In this document: in pieces, positions 63,462 through 64,000 of the stretch
Numbering within the stretch: the first letter of the stretch is position 1
Layout: every line of letters starts with the position of its first letter
Source: Nageia nagi
Lineage: Eukaryota > Plantae > Pinophyta
Assembly (NCBI GenBank): GCA_050084985.1
Contig: JBITNC010000001.1
Span: 146,816,001-146,880,000 of the forward strand
Direction of reading: 5' to 3'
DNA: 64,000 nucleotides
Notes under the pieces: model-generated
What the model saw: the letters and a program-made list of their open reading frames with translations, nothing else
The model's database searches: none
What the model was told of the DNA's origin: nothing
Made by a program: the position numbers and the translations under genes

Positions 63462-64000
63462 GGACTTTTTTCAAATTCGCATTGAAATGGAAATGCAAAA
63501 TTTTAGCTTTCTAATTTGTATTCAATGTGAAATAGATAGCTCGTTTTCGTGAGGCAACACCTGTTAAGTACAGAGATCGAAAACTTTCAAGAAGGTGACT
63601 TCAAATTTCTCCAAAATTACATGTTCACATCGAACCTAAAAGATAGAATTTCAGGTGTATCATTTGATGTGCATGCAAATATTGGAAAGTGTTTTGTATT
63701 GATTTCAAAGAGTTCAAATCTGGTTCGCAGTCAATTTGAAGTTTAGAGACTCTAGACATAAAGATCACAGATCTATACTTAGGTTTCAATGTTAAAGGGA
63801 TTTGAGTTTTTGAAACAGTTGCATGCTTTGTCATGGTTTCATTGACATCAAAGTCTAAACCTAGAATTTTAGATTTCAAATTGGGTGGGCATTCAAAAGG
63901 ACTGGTTTTCTGTTTGGAGTAAGTTTGTGTTCAGCTATACATGTTGCAGTCACATTGAACTCTAAACATAGGATTTTAAGTTTCAGTTTTGATGCGAATG

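Overview
Eukaryotic, AT-rich, CpG-depleted plant DNA, most likely a gymnosperm (inferred from the very long TE-filled intron and the PPR/PMD motif style). Positions 1-47,500 are a nest of decayed retrotransposons. (A) A ~14.8 kb Ty3/gypsy Tat-superclade element (2843-17648, +) has an extra archaeal-type RNase H, a gag-RT junction that has lost the protease, an antisense Plant Mobile Domain ORF and repeat arrays. A solo Ty1/copia LTR and an L1-type LINE carrying a 550-bp TIR element follow. A minus-strand copia element interrupts the LINE. (B) That copia element is itself interrupted by a younger 12.6 kb Tat-related element (28973-41556, -) encoding only Gag+protease and carrying an antisense, deletion-riddled PLS/E+/DYW-type PPR fragment in its leader. 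The only host gene is the 5' part of a phospholipase D delta-like gene (+, three coding exons, 50435-53965) with an apparent 1-bp frameshift at ~51000. Its third intron runs off the window and contains a 2.35 kb solo LTR with a regular array of ~42-bp palindromes, plus a further LTR element remnant. No rRNA, tRNA or CRISPR was seen. All calls come from reading and hand-translating the sequence; no searches were run.
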